DNA from: Selaginella moellendorffii
Lineage: Eukaryota; Plantae; Lycopodiophyta
Direction: 5' to 3'
Assembly (NCBI RefSeq): GCF_000143415.4
Contig: NW_003314314.1
Coordinates: 501,771-565,770 of the forward strand
DNA: 64,000 nt
Both the position numbers and the translations under genes were made by a program. Below are positions 25,733 to 40,646 of this stretch, one piece after another; positions within the stretch are counted from its first letter, which is position 1; every line of letters begins with the position of its first letter. Under the pieces are notes generated by a model, which did not search any database, was not told where the DNA came from, and worked only from the letters and a program-made list of their open reading frames with translations.

Positions 25733-27081
25733 TTAGATCATCCTCTTCATGTTCTCTTCCTTGAGCACCACAGTGACGACCACGCCGCCATCGCTGGATG
25801 GGAAGAGATAGATCTTCCCTTCGTGAAGATCATTCGTCCCAAACGTGATCCCGCACGGTTTCCCAAATCCAAACTCCGATTTCTCCACCGGGTGCTGGTT
25901 GGAGCTCACCGACTGGCCAAACGGCGTCACTCGAACCGGGCGAGGGGCCTGCATCATCCAAAGTATGGTGCTCAAGGCACTCTCCGCCCTGGCGCCATCG
26001 AAAGCCTGGATCGCGTCGTGGATGGTCCGAGCTGCGAATGGAAGCCCCCTGTTCTTGAGATCGCCGGCGCTGGCAATGGCTGACAATCCGCAGATGGCGT
26101 TGCCAAAGTAGGAGGTGGGGATGGAAGCGATGCGCCCGCGGCAACTGGCGAGGACGAAGAACCTGACAGTTTGCGAATCCGGGAATCCCTGAGCGATGAC
26201 CGTTCTCTGCCAGAACTCCGCGCAGAGGGCGACGTAGGTGCTGAATCGAGCGTCGCTGCTGCCAGCCGCCGCCCGGGATTTGAGCTCCGCGATGGCGGAG
26301 CGATCGAATCGGTACTGCCGGGTGGCCAGGGGTGACGAATTGGGTACGACGAGGGGCATTTTCTCCGCGCTAGGGACGATCTCTGCTCCCCAATATCCCA
26401 CCGCGTTTCTCATGTGCTCCTCCTCGCTCAGCTCCAATCCCTTGTAGTTGTAAGAAATCACCGGGGGAGGGGAGATCATTTGGCCTGTTCTAGCGATTTC
26501 TGCCCAGGAGGTCATGAAATGCCAGAAACTCACTCCATCAGCTACCTGGTGGCTGAATCCCACTCCCAGGCTCACTCCTCCACATCCAAATCGTGTGATC
26601 TAACAGGATTTGTCAGCGATGATGGAAGAATCAGTGGCAACAACCATACCTGGACGAAGAGCAGGGGATCCTCGATTTTCCAGGGATATGCCGGTGGAGG
26701 GCTCCCAATCTGGCAAAGCGTGTCGCAGAACTCGCAGGGCTCGAAGAATCCAAGCTGGGCCAGCGACTTCTTGGTCGTGGCAACAGTGAATTTGGCGCTG
26801 AAATCCACAGAGGAGCAATCGAGCTCGAGAGCAGGGGTCGAGACTCCATCGCCGGCACGCATGCGCGACGCGAATGGATAGAAGGGGACGAGGACCTCCG
26901 CGAGGCTGCTCTTGAGCAGATCCTCCACATTCTCGGGTGCCGATCTGTAGAAGAGGATTCTTTTCTGGTATCCGGCATACCCCATGAGGCGATCGAAAGT
27001 GGAAAGCTCGAATTTTGGTGGATGATCGAAAGCATTGGCCGGAGTGACGAACTCGCTGGACACTATCGCAACTTCCTCCAT
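25733..27081 (-). CDS. BAHD acyltransferase, two exons
   Basis: LKSSLAEVLVPFYPFASR, PLLFVQ, HXXXD motif (HQVADG), YFGNAI and DFGWG-like EFGFGKP. Confidence 0.92.
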
Positions 27082-27309
27082 CGCGAGGTTTTCCAATTCA
27101 CTAGCTCCTCTTCCGTGGATCTGACACGACTTTGCTGTTTCAATATACTACGACAAATATGACCGTCTTAAATGCTAATGGTAATTAAACGTTGGGAAAG
27201 ACTTAGACGTTGCTGCCGTCCATCTCATTTGCATCTGCTTCGTTGCTTCGTTGCTGCCGTCTTCTATTCTATCTTATTTGGATCTTATAAGCTTCGATCG
27301 CATGAGAAG

Positions 27310-28200
27310 GAATACAAATATCTCGGCTATGTGATTCATCGCACTCAGCCTTGGGTGGAGCGGAGGAAAGGAGCCCAACGAGCATACTACATGTTATGCA
27401 ATCATGGTCATGGAGTCGGGCTTGTTACTATGAGAGATCCTTGCGTGGCACAGGGCCATTGTATATGTTCAGAAAAGCAGATTCTCCCACTTGGACAAAC
27501 TGGCAGACGCTCTCGATCAAGAAACTCACAAAGGATGGTGGCGATGTGAAAGGAGTGGACCAAAAGATTTAGCTTCGACTTGGAGATCCTCACAGCAGTC
27601 TACCCAGTCATGGACACAGATAGCTCTCGTCACATGGCTGTGCCCGAGGAAAAAGACCAAGTACAACATCTACCAAGACTCGGTCAAACGAAATCATCGG
27701 CCCCATGGTGTACAACAAGCTATCAAATGAAGAACACTAGCACGATACCGTATGGGGAGTCACCACCTACTCATGGAACTTGGACGCAGAGAACAACCGC
27801 CAATTCCGCAGGACTAACGGATTTGCCCAGTTTGTCGTGGAGAGGTTGCACACATTTTCAAAGTATGCTCAGCATATCACGATCTATGTCACCCCGAGGC
27901 TCTCTGGAAGCTGGAGACACATCAAATCTTGCAAGCAACACAGCAGATCAGTGAACTGGCCCAGTTTCTCACACGGATGGAGATGTGCTGACAAACAATC
28001 ATTACACAGAGAATGCATGGGATACACACCATGGAAGCCACAAATAAAAGGAAACAATATATGCAGAACAGACAACACAAACGACCCAGGGGTGGAAGCA
28101 TCCAACCGACAGACGCAAACAAAGGAAAGGTGGCTGAAGTGCACACCGCAACAGCCGAGTGAACATCCGGAGGTGGATATAGAGGCGAGGAAGAAAGAAC
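27310..28200 (+). mobile_element. Degenerate non-LTR (LINE-like) retrotransposon remnant
   Basis: EYKYLGY...KGAQRAYYML resembles the end of a LINE RT domain; reading frame broken downstream. Boundaries approximate. Confidence 0.45.
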
Positions 28201-29949
28201 GGCAGCAAATATCCTGCCACGTAAGCACTCCTGCCACGTCAGCGTTACTCGCGACTCCTGCCACGTCAGCGTCTTTCGCGATCTCTTGCTTCCTCAGGCC
28301 ACCAAAGTAAAAAAGCAAAAGTGAGGCCTGCTGCGCCTTGGAGGCTAAAAATATAGCCAGATTGTGGCAGACACAAAAGGACCCCTCCTGGGACGAGAAA
28401 GGGAGGAGGGAGCGGCGGGAGTAAGGACCTTATAGCGGCCCAGGCGGGGAAATTTGTTTGCACAGTCTCATGCTTCTTGGTTAGGCACTGTGAGACTGCC
28501 AAAACAAAATATGTATGAATGAATGAATGAATATTGTTTTCTATTTACTCCTAATGGAGTTGTGTTGTTAGTTTAGATACTTTAGCTTAATAACAAGTTT
28601 TAAAATGCTTGGTTATCGTATTCCCTCATGTACTGCTGATTGAATGGTTGTAACATGTCACTTATCCCCTAGTTGAGAGCTGCATCAGCACTATTTGATA
28701 CTGCTGGTGCGTTGGCAACTGGCTTTGATTTTAACTCGTATTGTTCTACAGGCTGAGTACATAAGTCTGTTGGTAATCCTTAGCCTGAGCCAAAGACCCT
28801 ATAAAGATGGAAGAACATGATAAAAGTACTCAAACCATGCTCTCCCCTTTGGATAGAGTGGGAGTGAGTGGTAGTAAGAGGCAAAATAAGCTCAAACAAG
28901 GCACTAAAAGTCAAGATGCAATGGACTTTGAAAATTCAAGATCGTGAAATATAATTGAATTGTAAGTATAACAACTTAAATATTGCACATCCATATATTT
29001 GGCAATCATATCCTTTGGAAGGTCCAATTAAAACATTTTACCAAGCCATCTATTTCAAGATGATCTGAAATGCAAAAAAATTGCTTAATGGTGAGCCATT
29101 CCATCAACACCTTTAAAGCTTCCCCTGGGCCTTATGAATTTAGGACAGTTATAACATAAAACAACCATTTGCATCAAGAATTGTGCTATTCCATCAGGTA
29201 AAGCATCCATCTAGTAAGGTAATGATATTATACTGATACTCTATGGAAGATTGTGGAAAATGCCCCATCAAGTATTATACAACTAATTCAAATGGGAGAA
29301 TGCCTTTAAAGCTGCCAAAGCTAGACTTCAGATAAGATGAGTTTAGGACAGCTGTAAAAACAACCATTTGCATCAAGAGTGCAGTTTAGTTGGCTATTCC
29401 ATCAAGTACCAAGAAAAGTAATCAAATGTAATAATGATGTACTGATACCCCATGGAAGATTGTGGAAAACGCTCTATCAAGTATTATGCAACCAATCCAA
29501 ACAAAGAATGCTGCTTGATCAAGCTGACTCCTCTAGCCATTAGTTAATAAGCCATAAGATAGAACTGATTACTAGAACCGAGCCATTGATCAAAGGGATG
29601 ATGGATTCAAATAATACAGCATGAAAGCCTGCCAAATCTCGTTTTGATCGATAGCCACCAATAGATGTGATTGCTTGGACTTCATTGCTGCAAAAAAATT
29701 CCGAGAAGCGGTATCTGGATGATGGGTGAGAGGTGGGACATAGTGGCTTGGGCGACCATACTCCAATAGATGGAGCTCATGTTTCTCGGGCTCTTGTCAC
29801 TGTCGGCGATGAGCGCTTCGATTGCAATTGCCCACGACACCACATCCACTCTGAGGCATTCGCTTGAAAGCATGCAGAACTGGGCATATGCTTGAAAAGT
29901 TTTCAGTCAAGCTGGCGTGATCCTGTTGGGATTGGAGGAGGAGAGTCAA

Positions 29950-30150
29950 GTGGTCTTTACCAGTTTACCGACTTCTGGTAAGTGGGCTCACTCATTACAC
30001 ATTGAACTTGGCCGAAGAGGGACACCCAGGGAGGTGCGACGCTGCCCGCTCTGCGAGCCAGGGACGGAAACCCTGTCTCACGTCATCTATGACTGTCCAG
30101 CCGACATGCGGCTGCGTCTTTTCTTCCCCACATTTTCACATCCCAAGCTT
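29950..30150 (+). mobile_element. LINE C-terminal zinc-knuckle remnant
   Basis: HSLHIELGR...RRCPLCEPGTETLSHVIYDCPA fits the LINE ORF2 C-terminal CxxC...ETxxH...C motif. Confidence 0.65.
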
Positions 30151-30371
30151 CATAAGCACCACAGACGCAGCAGCGATGACAGCTTTATTCCTATGCGCCA
30201 TGGAAGACTGAAGGACACTAGCAGTGTCAACGACGCATGCCAGGGAGAAAATCGTTAGACTACCAGCAAGAACATCCAACACATTTGCAACTTGAAACTA
30301 ATATCGTATTAATAGAATGCAAAATGGCAATGTTGTGGAAAAACTATTGACAGGTAAATCTGTGATCACGA

Positions 30372-32605
30372 TCAGAAATAATCATCGCATGAGCAGATGC
30401 CATTTCTAAAGATGTGCAGTCGGCTGGCATCCCTGCACACAATTTCTCTGTCCTCAACCTTAGAGATTCTCGCAGTGGCATTGTGACAGTCATCACAAAC
30501 CCTGAGATTCTTCACGATTCTTATAGTTGTCCCAGGCTTGGAGTTGATTAAGGCACATGCAATAGCCAACTTTTCACTGTGCCCACACAAGGCATCTTCC
30601 TTGTCAACACCTTCATCACTGGGGAAAACACCATTGATATCGGCCACATAACCTTCCACCTTGATTTTCCCCATAACCTCGTCAACCTTGCATGCAACGT
30701 CTCGATACTGCGGGTGATCTTTGCGACCGACCACAAAACTGTGAACTTTCCCTTTGTCATCTGTCCACCATGTCTGCCCGGGCTTCTTCCACGCCCTCAC
30801 ATCTTTCCTTGTCTTCAAAACCTCGTCCCTCTCCTTCAGCATTCCAGAGCTTGCGTAGATCCCCGCCATGAGCACGTACGCAGCAGACACCTCCTTGTCC
30901 AACTCCAGCAGTGATTCAAACGCCAGCCTCCCTACGTCAACTTTCTTCCACTTCCGGCACGCCCCAAGCAGCGTCCTCCACAAGATAACATCGGGTTCCA
31001 GGCCGTGATCCTCTCTCATGCTCTTGATCAGCTCCAGTGCTTCATCAAAGAGATTTGCCCGCCCGTAAAAATCCACCATGCACGTAAAGTGCTCTAGAGT
31101 CGGAGCCACGCCGTAAACCAGATGCCGGAGTCCATCGAACAGGTCTTTCGCCAGTCCAATACTTCCGGTGTGGCTACAAGCGGTGAGCGCGAAGATGATG
31201 GTAATACCATTAACCAGGCCCTTGGCATCCATGGTTTCAAACCGGGATAAAACACTCTCGTAGTCTCCTTGTTGGCTATACCCTGAAAGAAGCGCGTTCC
31301 AAGCCGCCGAGTCTCTCGAGCTCTCAGGAATGGAGTCGAAAGCTTCCTGGGCTTCCCACATGGCGCCACACTTTGCGTAGAAATCCACAACGCAAGTGCC
31401 CGCGACCGGATTGTTCCGCAGCTGATGGTTCATCTTGATCTCCTTGTGGAGTTCCCTGCCGAGTTCCAGTCCCATGACATTGCCACAAGCTCTGAGAGCC
31501 ACAGCGTAGCTCGTAGCATTCAGCTCGCACTCGACCCGGCACCGGCTCAAGAGCTCAAGAGCAACCTCGCTCCTGCCGTTTTCGACGTATCCCAAGAGCA
31601 ATGCGTTCCAAGTCACGATGTTCCTCGGTGCGGAGATCTTGTCAAACACCGCGCGAGCACGGGGCAGGTCACAAGATTTGGCGTACATATCCACCAGCGT
31701 TGTCGCCACAAAGATGTCACTCGCAAATCCCCGCTCCTCAGCCTGGGAATGGATCTCCACGCCCCTCTCCAAAGCCATCCTCTTCACGGCCCGTCCCTGG
31801 ACCTGCTTGGGCTCCTCTTTGCTCGCCAAGCCCGCGCAAGCCTTGAGAGCCGCAACAAAACTTCTCGCATCCGGCTCGCAGCCCGATCTGGCAGGCATGC
31901 ACGAAAACAGCTCCAGGGCGAGCTCGCTCTCGTTGTTCTGCGCGTAACCAAGGATCATAGCGTTCCATGCAACGACGTGACCGTGTAGCATCTTGTGGTT
32001 TTCGTCCAGGACCTTCCGAGCGTCCTCCAGCTTACCACACCTCGAGTACATGGTGATTACCGCGGTTGCTACGTACTTGTTGAGGAGATGCTCGCTCGCA
32101 GCTCTGAAGTGAAGCTCCCTTCCTTTCGCTGGATCGTTGCATCGTTTGAGCTCCGCCAAAACCTGGTTCCTGGCTTCAAAGTGCGCACTCAGCTGCTTTC
32201 TCGGTGGAGCTTGGTCTTGTGTAATGGAAGACGTGGGAGCTTTTTCTCGTTGAATGCTGCTTGTGTGCCGGTTCTGGGGGTGCGCTTCATGGGCTGTTTG
32301 AGAATTCAACACCTTGACAACTCCGGTCACTCCTCCAACAAAAGCTGCTCGGACACCGCTAGAACAACTTTTAGGGGGTTTTCCCAAAGATTCAAGCTTG
32401 GCCTTCAGAGACTCTGGACAGGAACTTATGTAGAGCCCTTCACCAGAAACTGAGTGCTTAAATTCTGGATACCCTTTCCACTGCAAGCAGGAAAAAACCA
32501 ACACTAACTTCTACAAAACAAGATCAAGAAGAGGCTTACATTCTTGCCTCTGTTGTCCCACCAGAGGGTTGGATCTTCGAAAAAACTGAGCCACCGATCG
32601 CACAT
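30372..32605 (-). CDS. PLS-PPR-E-DYW (WW-type) editing-factor-like protein with an N-terminal OSB-like PDF motif; exons 32605-32540 and 32480-30372
   Basis: PPR motifs; WKKPGQTWW; HSEKLA and CDDC zinc ligands; terminal DYF. A 59-bp GT-AG intron joins MCDRWLSFFEDPTLWWDNRGKN in frame to WKGYPEFKHSVSGEGLYI. Confidence 0.9.
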
Positions 32606-32678
32606 TCTTTGCTTAGAAGAAAAACACCTCGAGTTAAACCCTAAGACCTATACTTTGTACTAAAAAAACGGTCAAGGT

Positions 32679-34196
32679 CTATGAACTTAAGTTTTGTCCT
32701 TCGACATCACCTAATTGTTTGACAATCTCTTCCACTGCATCCTCGTCCTTCAAAACCGTCGTGTGTGTCTTCCCTTGAAGTTCCACCACCTTTACTTGTT
32801 GGTCCCCGACTTTTTTCCACGAATCCACCACCCATCTCAAGCTGCACAAGTTGATCGTCCCGTCTCCATCTCCATACTCCATCTTGGGCTGGTAATCAAA
32901 TCCCTGTTTCTCATACACCAGAGTCTCTGGTGTGTCCACTCCAACGCCAAAAACCAGGCTCACTGGAACCCCTGGAGCAGCCAGTTCTTCCAAGAGTCCG
33001 GGAACTCTCGTCTCGTAGTGCTCATATCCCCTCGAGTAGCCAATATCGCGGAAGAAGTCCTCCAGATCCATCGCCGTGTAATTCCTTGACGATCCCACCA
33101 CCAGCGTCTTGTTTCCAAAAACTTTGGGCGATGGCAGCAGCCAAAGGTTGCTCTCGCTGCTCCTTTGCTCGTCTCGCAGCACGAGAGGATCCAGAAAGTT
33201 GGCCCCTTCGGTGTATCCAGAGGCAAAGACTCGCATCTCTTGGACGGAGCCACCCCATGGAGCTGACACTGCGATGAAGCGATGGATGAATCTCTTCTTC
33301 CAGGTGGAGCTCTGTAAGTTGAGGAAGTGGAGCACCCAGAGACCACCGAGGCTGTGAGAGATTAGCGTCACTGGCGTGTTCTTGTTTGATCTCGAGGCTT
33401 TCTCCACCAAGTTTTTCAAGTCGTGGAGGAACTGGAGTGCCACTTCCGCTGCGTTTGGGCCCGGAGCGTACCGAAAATCGTATGGAGCTCCAAAGAGAGT
33501 TTTCTGGGACTCGTAGCCTTTGGCTTTCAGTGCTGCCACCAAAGAGTTCATGTAGCCAGATAGAAACCTGAAAAGAAAACCAGCTCGTATCAATCATGCA
33601 TGGTGAGTACCTCCAATTACGCTAACGAAACAATGACTTCTGCTTGGACGGAAGCTATGGCGAGAGCAAACAAGCAAAAGAAACCTTCAAAAGAACTTTT
33701 TGTAAGAAGCTAGAGAGAACTTCTACCAAAGAACTAAGAGAAAAACGCAAGAATGTAGGAAGAACTAACTAAGAGAAAATGATGGAAGAACTTACTTGAA
33801 GGTTGGATCGAGGTACTCCATCGTCTCGGTGGAACCAAACCCAGGAACTCTGGTCGTGATCCCGGGAGGATTGTGAAACGTCTTACTCCCGCCATTGTAC
33901 TCGAGCCTTATCCTCTCGGCAAAGCATGGCGTGAATGGAGGAATGATGCCAAGAACATTGAGCCATAGCCGGAACCAATGCGAGAACCCAAAAGTCCTAC
34001 ACACAAAGCGACTACCATGATAATCTCCACCAAGCTTAACTTCCAGCTGGTTCCCTCCAGCTCCAGGCACCAAGATCACCGGAGAGAGCCTAGGTTTCCA
34101 AGAAGAGGAAAGCGAAGAACTTGGAGGAGTTGTAGCCGCCGAGGCAGCGATCTGGAAGGAGAGAGCCATTGCCAGGCATTCTAAAAGAAGACCCAT
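32679..34196 (-). CDS. Lecithin:cholesterol acyltransferase-like protein (LCAT-like 1), two exons
   Basis: Signal peptide; PVILVPGAGGNQLE; GAPYDFR; SHSLG nucleophile; GDGDGTIN; catalytic His region. Confidence 0.92.
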
Positions 34197-34432
34197 ATCA
34201 AAAACTCCGAGACCCGAAGAAGAAAATCAATCTAAGAACACCTGGATCTCTTTCAAAGTTAAAGTCAAGAGCCCGCCGCGATTGATAGAAATCTTTCCTG
34301 AGAACTTAGATCGAAAAAGCTAGAAAACTGTGCCCTGCTGCTGCTCACAAAATTGCTGCTGCTGTAAAACGAGAGAAAAAAACGAACACTCCGGAAAAGC
34401 TACGAGAGAACCTGTTGGTGTTGATGCTGTTG

Positions 34433-36702
34433 TTAGTCTCCACCCGAGTCTGCGAGCTCTTTTCTCTTCTGGTGCTCCAAAACCTTGCACGCTACGACGT
34501 TCCGGAACTCCTCCGCGGTGAGAACGCTGTCCTTGCTTCCATAGACCGCTCCCTGGACGCTGGCTAGCAGCTTGGCAATCTCTCGCCCCGAGAATCCTTC
34601 CGTCATCTCCGCGGCCTCTCGAATCACGTCGTCGGTCACGTCCTTCATCTCGATCTTGTGCTGCTGTGCCACGTACTGCTTCCAGCCTTTGGCGCCCTCC
34701 CCCGCTTGGACGATGTACTTGTCCAGGTAGAGGCGTATGAGCTTCTCTCGCTCCTCCAGTCCTGGAAGTGGAAACTCGAGTATCTCGTCGATCCTGTCCA
34801 GCACCGCCGCGTCAAGGTCTCCCGGACGGTTTGTAGCGAGCACCAGCACGATGTCCCTGGATTGGTCACCAGTGAGTGATAGAATCGCGTTGAGAGCACT
34901 GCGCTGGGCTTCACTCATCCGGGTTTTGTTGCGCCTGCATGAAGCTCACAATCATCAGCCAAGAGAAAACAGAAAAGCTTAAAGGTAAGGAGATCACGTA
35001 CTCGCATAGGAAAGCATCGGCTTCGTCTATAAACAGCAGCAATCCTCTCCTTGTCTTCGATGCCCATCCAAACAGCTCGTGGATCTTTGTGACGGCTTGA
35101 GGACCAAGTGGAGCGACGTCTCCTCCGGTCATGACAGCATAGTCGAGACCCTGGATCCAAAACAAACCTCAGCTTAAAAACCACCAGACGATTAAACAAC
35201 GTACCGAGTGCCTCGCTAGTTGCTTAGCAGCCATGGTTTTCCCCGTTCCAGGAGGGCCGTAAAAGATGATATTCCGGAACGGAGCCTGGTGCTCCTTTGT
35301 ATTAGCAGTGGCGAACGCGAGCTGCCTAATCCGCTGGTGTAACGTCGGAGGGAGAATAACTTCTCCAAAGCCATTGCTGCTTTTCGGGTCGGCTGGAGTC
35401 TTGGCCCATGGCATTACAGTCTTACGAGAAAATAGTCCCGACCATGGATACTTTCCTCGTGAAGACTCGCGAACAAGCGACGGTTGGCCGAGAATTCGAT
35501 CTACGTAACCCCAAAGAACACGAGCTCCCTCCCTGTTATAAGAAATAAAAAAAACTGAATCTAGTCTCTGCTAAGAAGGAGAAAAGCTTTTGCATACCTA
35601 GTTGTATAGACACCGCCGGCCACTGCTACTACTCCACCAACAGCAACTACAAGCTTATCCTGGTCCGTCAAAAGCGTTTTGATACCACCTACAAAACGAG
35701 AGCACGTAAGATATGACCGTAAAATGCCTGGCTAGAAAGAAACTCTCACCTCCGATATGAGTGAAGACGGTGTTGATCGAAGCCAGCCACTTCTCCTTCT
35801 CGGAGTTGGCTCGCTCGACCAAAAGCCTCTTGTTGACGTCCTCCGCCAGCCGGGCTTCGTGAGCACGTCCCTCGGCCTCCGCCAAAGCTCTCACACGAAT
35901 GGTTTCTCTTTCAATCTCGGCTTTCTCCTTCTCGGTCTGGCGACGCTGCGCTTGTATGTGCTCCTCCGTCAATCGCCTCGCTTGCTCCTGGCGAACGGCA
36001 GACTCTTCCTGCATCTTCACCATCTCCGAGTTCCTCGCTCGTTGGGCTTCGTGTTCTGCCTGCGACAAAATCCCATAAGAATCGTGGAAGTCAAAAACCG
36101 AACGGACACATCACACCTGCATTCTTTTCCTCGCGAGCTCGTCCTCGTAGCGCGAGATTTGAGCTTTAGTCTGCGCTTGCTGTTGGACAAGCTTCTTTTG
36201 TTCCTCGTACATCACCCGTTGTCTATCCTGCAAGAAATCACCGCATCAGCACCGGAAAAACGTTTGCTTCCAAAAACTTCAGCTTGAAGAAAGAACTTAC
36301 AGTCTCGTGCTGGGCTTGAACTGCTTGAAATTCGGCTCTCCTAGTCGCTTCTTCCGCTTGCCGACTATCTTCTTGTTTTCTCATTAGCTCAAACACCTAT
36401 AAGGGAAAAAAATCCGATCGATGAAGGTCGAGAGGAGAGGGGAAAAAATGCCAAACCTTTTTCGAATGCGGGGAGCTATTGATCTCCCGGAGCGCCTTGG
36501 CCCCTCGCTCCAGCGCCTCCGGATCGAAGCCAGCAGCAGTGGTCCTGGGATTATCATTCCGGGGCTTGGAATACTCCTCGCGCTGCTGCACCACGCTCTC
36601 ATCCTGGCTCTTCTCCGCCATCGCCGTGGGCGCGCGGCGGAAGAGGAAGAACATCCCTGCTGTGGCGCCCGCGGACTGATACAAGGCGCTGTATTTCCCC
36701 AT
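34433..36702 (-). CDS. ATAD3: ATAD3-family mitochondrial AAA+ ATPase, multi-exon
   Basis: [16 protein letters not shown]; coiled-coil region; [10 protein letters not shown]; [10 protein letters not shown]; [11 protein letters not shown]; [10 protein letters not shown]; [10 protein letters not shown]. Confidence 0.93.
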
Positions 36703-36856
36703 CTCTCCCGGCGCGCTCGAGACCTAATGCGATTAGGTCATCAAGGGTATAGGGTTTTAGAGGTTTAGCCAAGATCTTTCGCAAAACCATCTTTACTACC
36801 TTTAAGATTACTCGATAAGATCTAGGTTTTTCATCTGAGACGTCGATATTGGGAGT

Positions 36857-38889
<2,033 letters not shown>

Positions 38890-39466
38890 TCATCGCTGGT
38901 TCTCATCGCAATTTAAACCAACAACGTAGCAATGGAAATCATGTGGTATAACGCCTCTCTTTGGAGATTGAATGAAAAATTACTCACGCCAAGGACGATG
39001 GAGCTCTAGAAAATCGCTCAAACGAAAGCTACTTTACAAAACTTTAGTTTGGTGCTTCTCCTTCTTCCTTCTTCTTCTTCTATTTATCTTTCTATCTTTC
39101 TTTTTCCTCGATCGTTGTAGTTCGCTGCGTCTCCACCCAAGCTCTGCCACCATTCCAGAAACCAACAATCAAATGCAAAATTCGCCAATGGTACTCTGGC
39201 GATGCTGCAAATATTCCCGTGACTGCCTGGTAAAATTCCTTCCCCTTGCAGAGACAAGCAGAAGCGAGCTGAGCTCCAAGAATCAAAATGGAAGGGTCTA
39301 CACAAAAAGGTTTTTCAGTGTTTGATAAGTGGTACATAACAGGCATTGATCAATGGCCTCGTCGATAACGTTTTGCTGTGATCCATGGGGTCAAATCCAT
39401 TAGCATTGGCCCCCGTGTGCAAGAATAGTTGTATGGTTCGTCCAAAAAAACGTAACTTCTGTTTTG

Positions 39467-40646
39467 TTAGTGCGCGAGAGCTCCGTTCACCTGCTTGCCA
39501 ATCTTCTGGACGTGGTGTGTGCACATTCCATTGAGCTTCTTTACTCCATTGGCTCCATTGGTTCCATTGGCACCACCGAGTAGCTTGCGAACTTCGTCTG
39601 CGAGCTCAATCAGTTCGTCCTCGGCACATCCTGGATTTTGGAACGCATTGTCATTTTCCGGTAGAGAAAAAAGAGATTTTTCTTTTCTTGTTTCATTACC
39701 AATCTCGCAGAGCGCTTCCTCTAAGCGAAACAGGTACTCGTAGTTTGGACCGGAGGGTCCGACAGCTCTAGCAATTTGGCTGCAAGACGTTTTCATAGTC
39801 AGAAAACTATTATCTGGGAAAAGGAGAGAACGAAAAACACGAAAAGCACCTGGCCATGTCCTCAATCGGTGCTGGACCAAGATAGTATTTATTGTTTTGC
39901 TTGTTCTGCGAGCCAATGTATCTGGAAGATGAAAGTCCAAGAGAAAAATCAGTACTCTTCGAAGAATCCACCAGAAGCTAGATTCTCACACTAAAACTCC
40001 ACGGAGGGCTGGCTGCGCTGGCGAGTCCACCTGCACGGCACGGAGCACGAAAACATCCGATCAGCGAGATGCTCTATAGGAACGATCAAAGATTTTTTCT
40101 TTTGTGTGTGATTCATTGGTTCTTACTGTGTAAAAGTCAATGTAGGCTCTTACGTCATACTCTTTCTCCCGGAGCTCCAAATACTGAACACGAAAGAGCA
40201 GCAAACTGTTACGCACTTGTAATGTCAACGCTTTGCGGAACAAATGGGACTGGGAAAAAGTTTTCTACCGACAAAACAAGCTCCTCGGAATCTTTGCCAG
40301 AAACTCGGTACGCAGCCCCCCACTGTTAAGAAAATTCATCAGTGCTTGCCAGTTGCAAAAGCAAGGATTTTAGAGTTTCTTACACAAATGGATTCTTCCT
40401 TGGGGAGAAGGGTCACACACCTCCCGGGATTCTCAGGAGTTCCTCTATGATCAGTGTTACCTGGAAAAAAAAAAGAAAAAAAAACTCGTGTAAGTTCTAG
40501 AATCACGCCAACAACGATTCAAGGCAGTCAAGAGTACCTTGATAGAACACGCGCTGGTAGCCTTTGATGTAGCCAACAACACGCTCGTCGTAATTGAATC
40601 CAGCCCTCCACACCAGAGATCCATAGCCGAAAACCCATAGTACCAT
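39467..40646 (-). CDS. ChaC-like gamma-glutamylcyclotransferase (GGCT2 family), multi-exon
   Basis: [17 protein letters not shown]; [15 protein letters not shown]; [10 protein letters not shown]; [22 protein letters not shown]. Confidence 0.92.
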
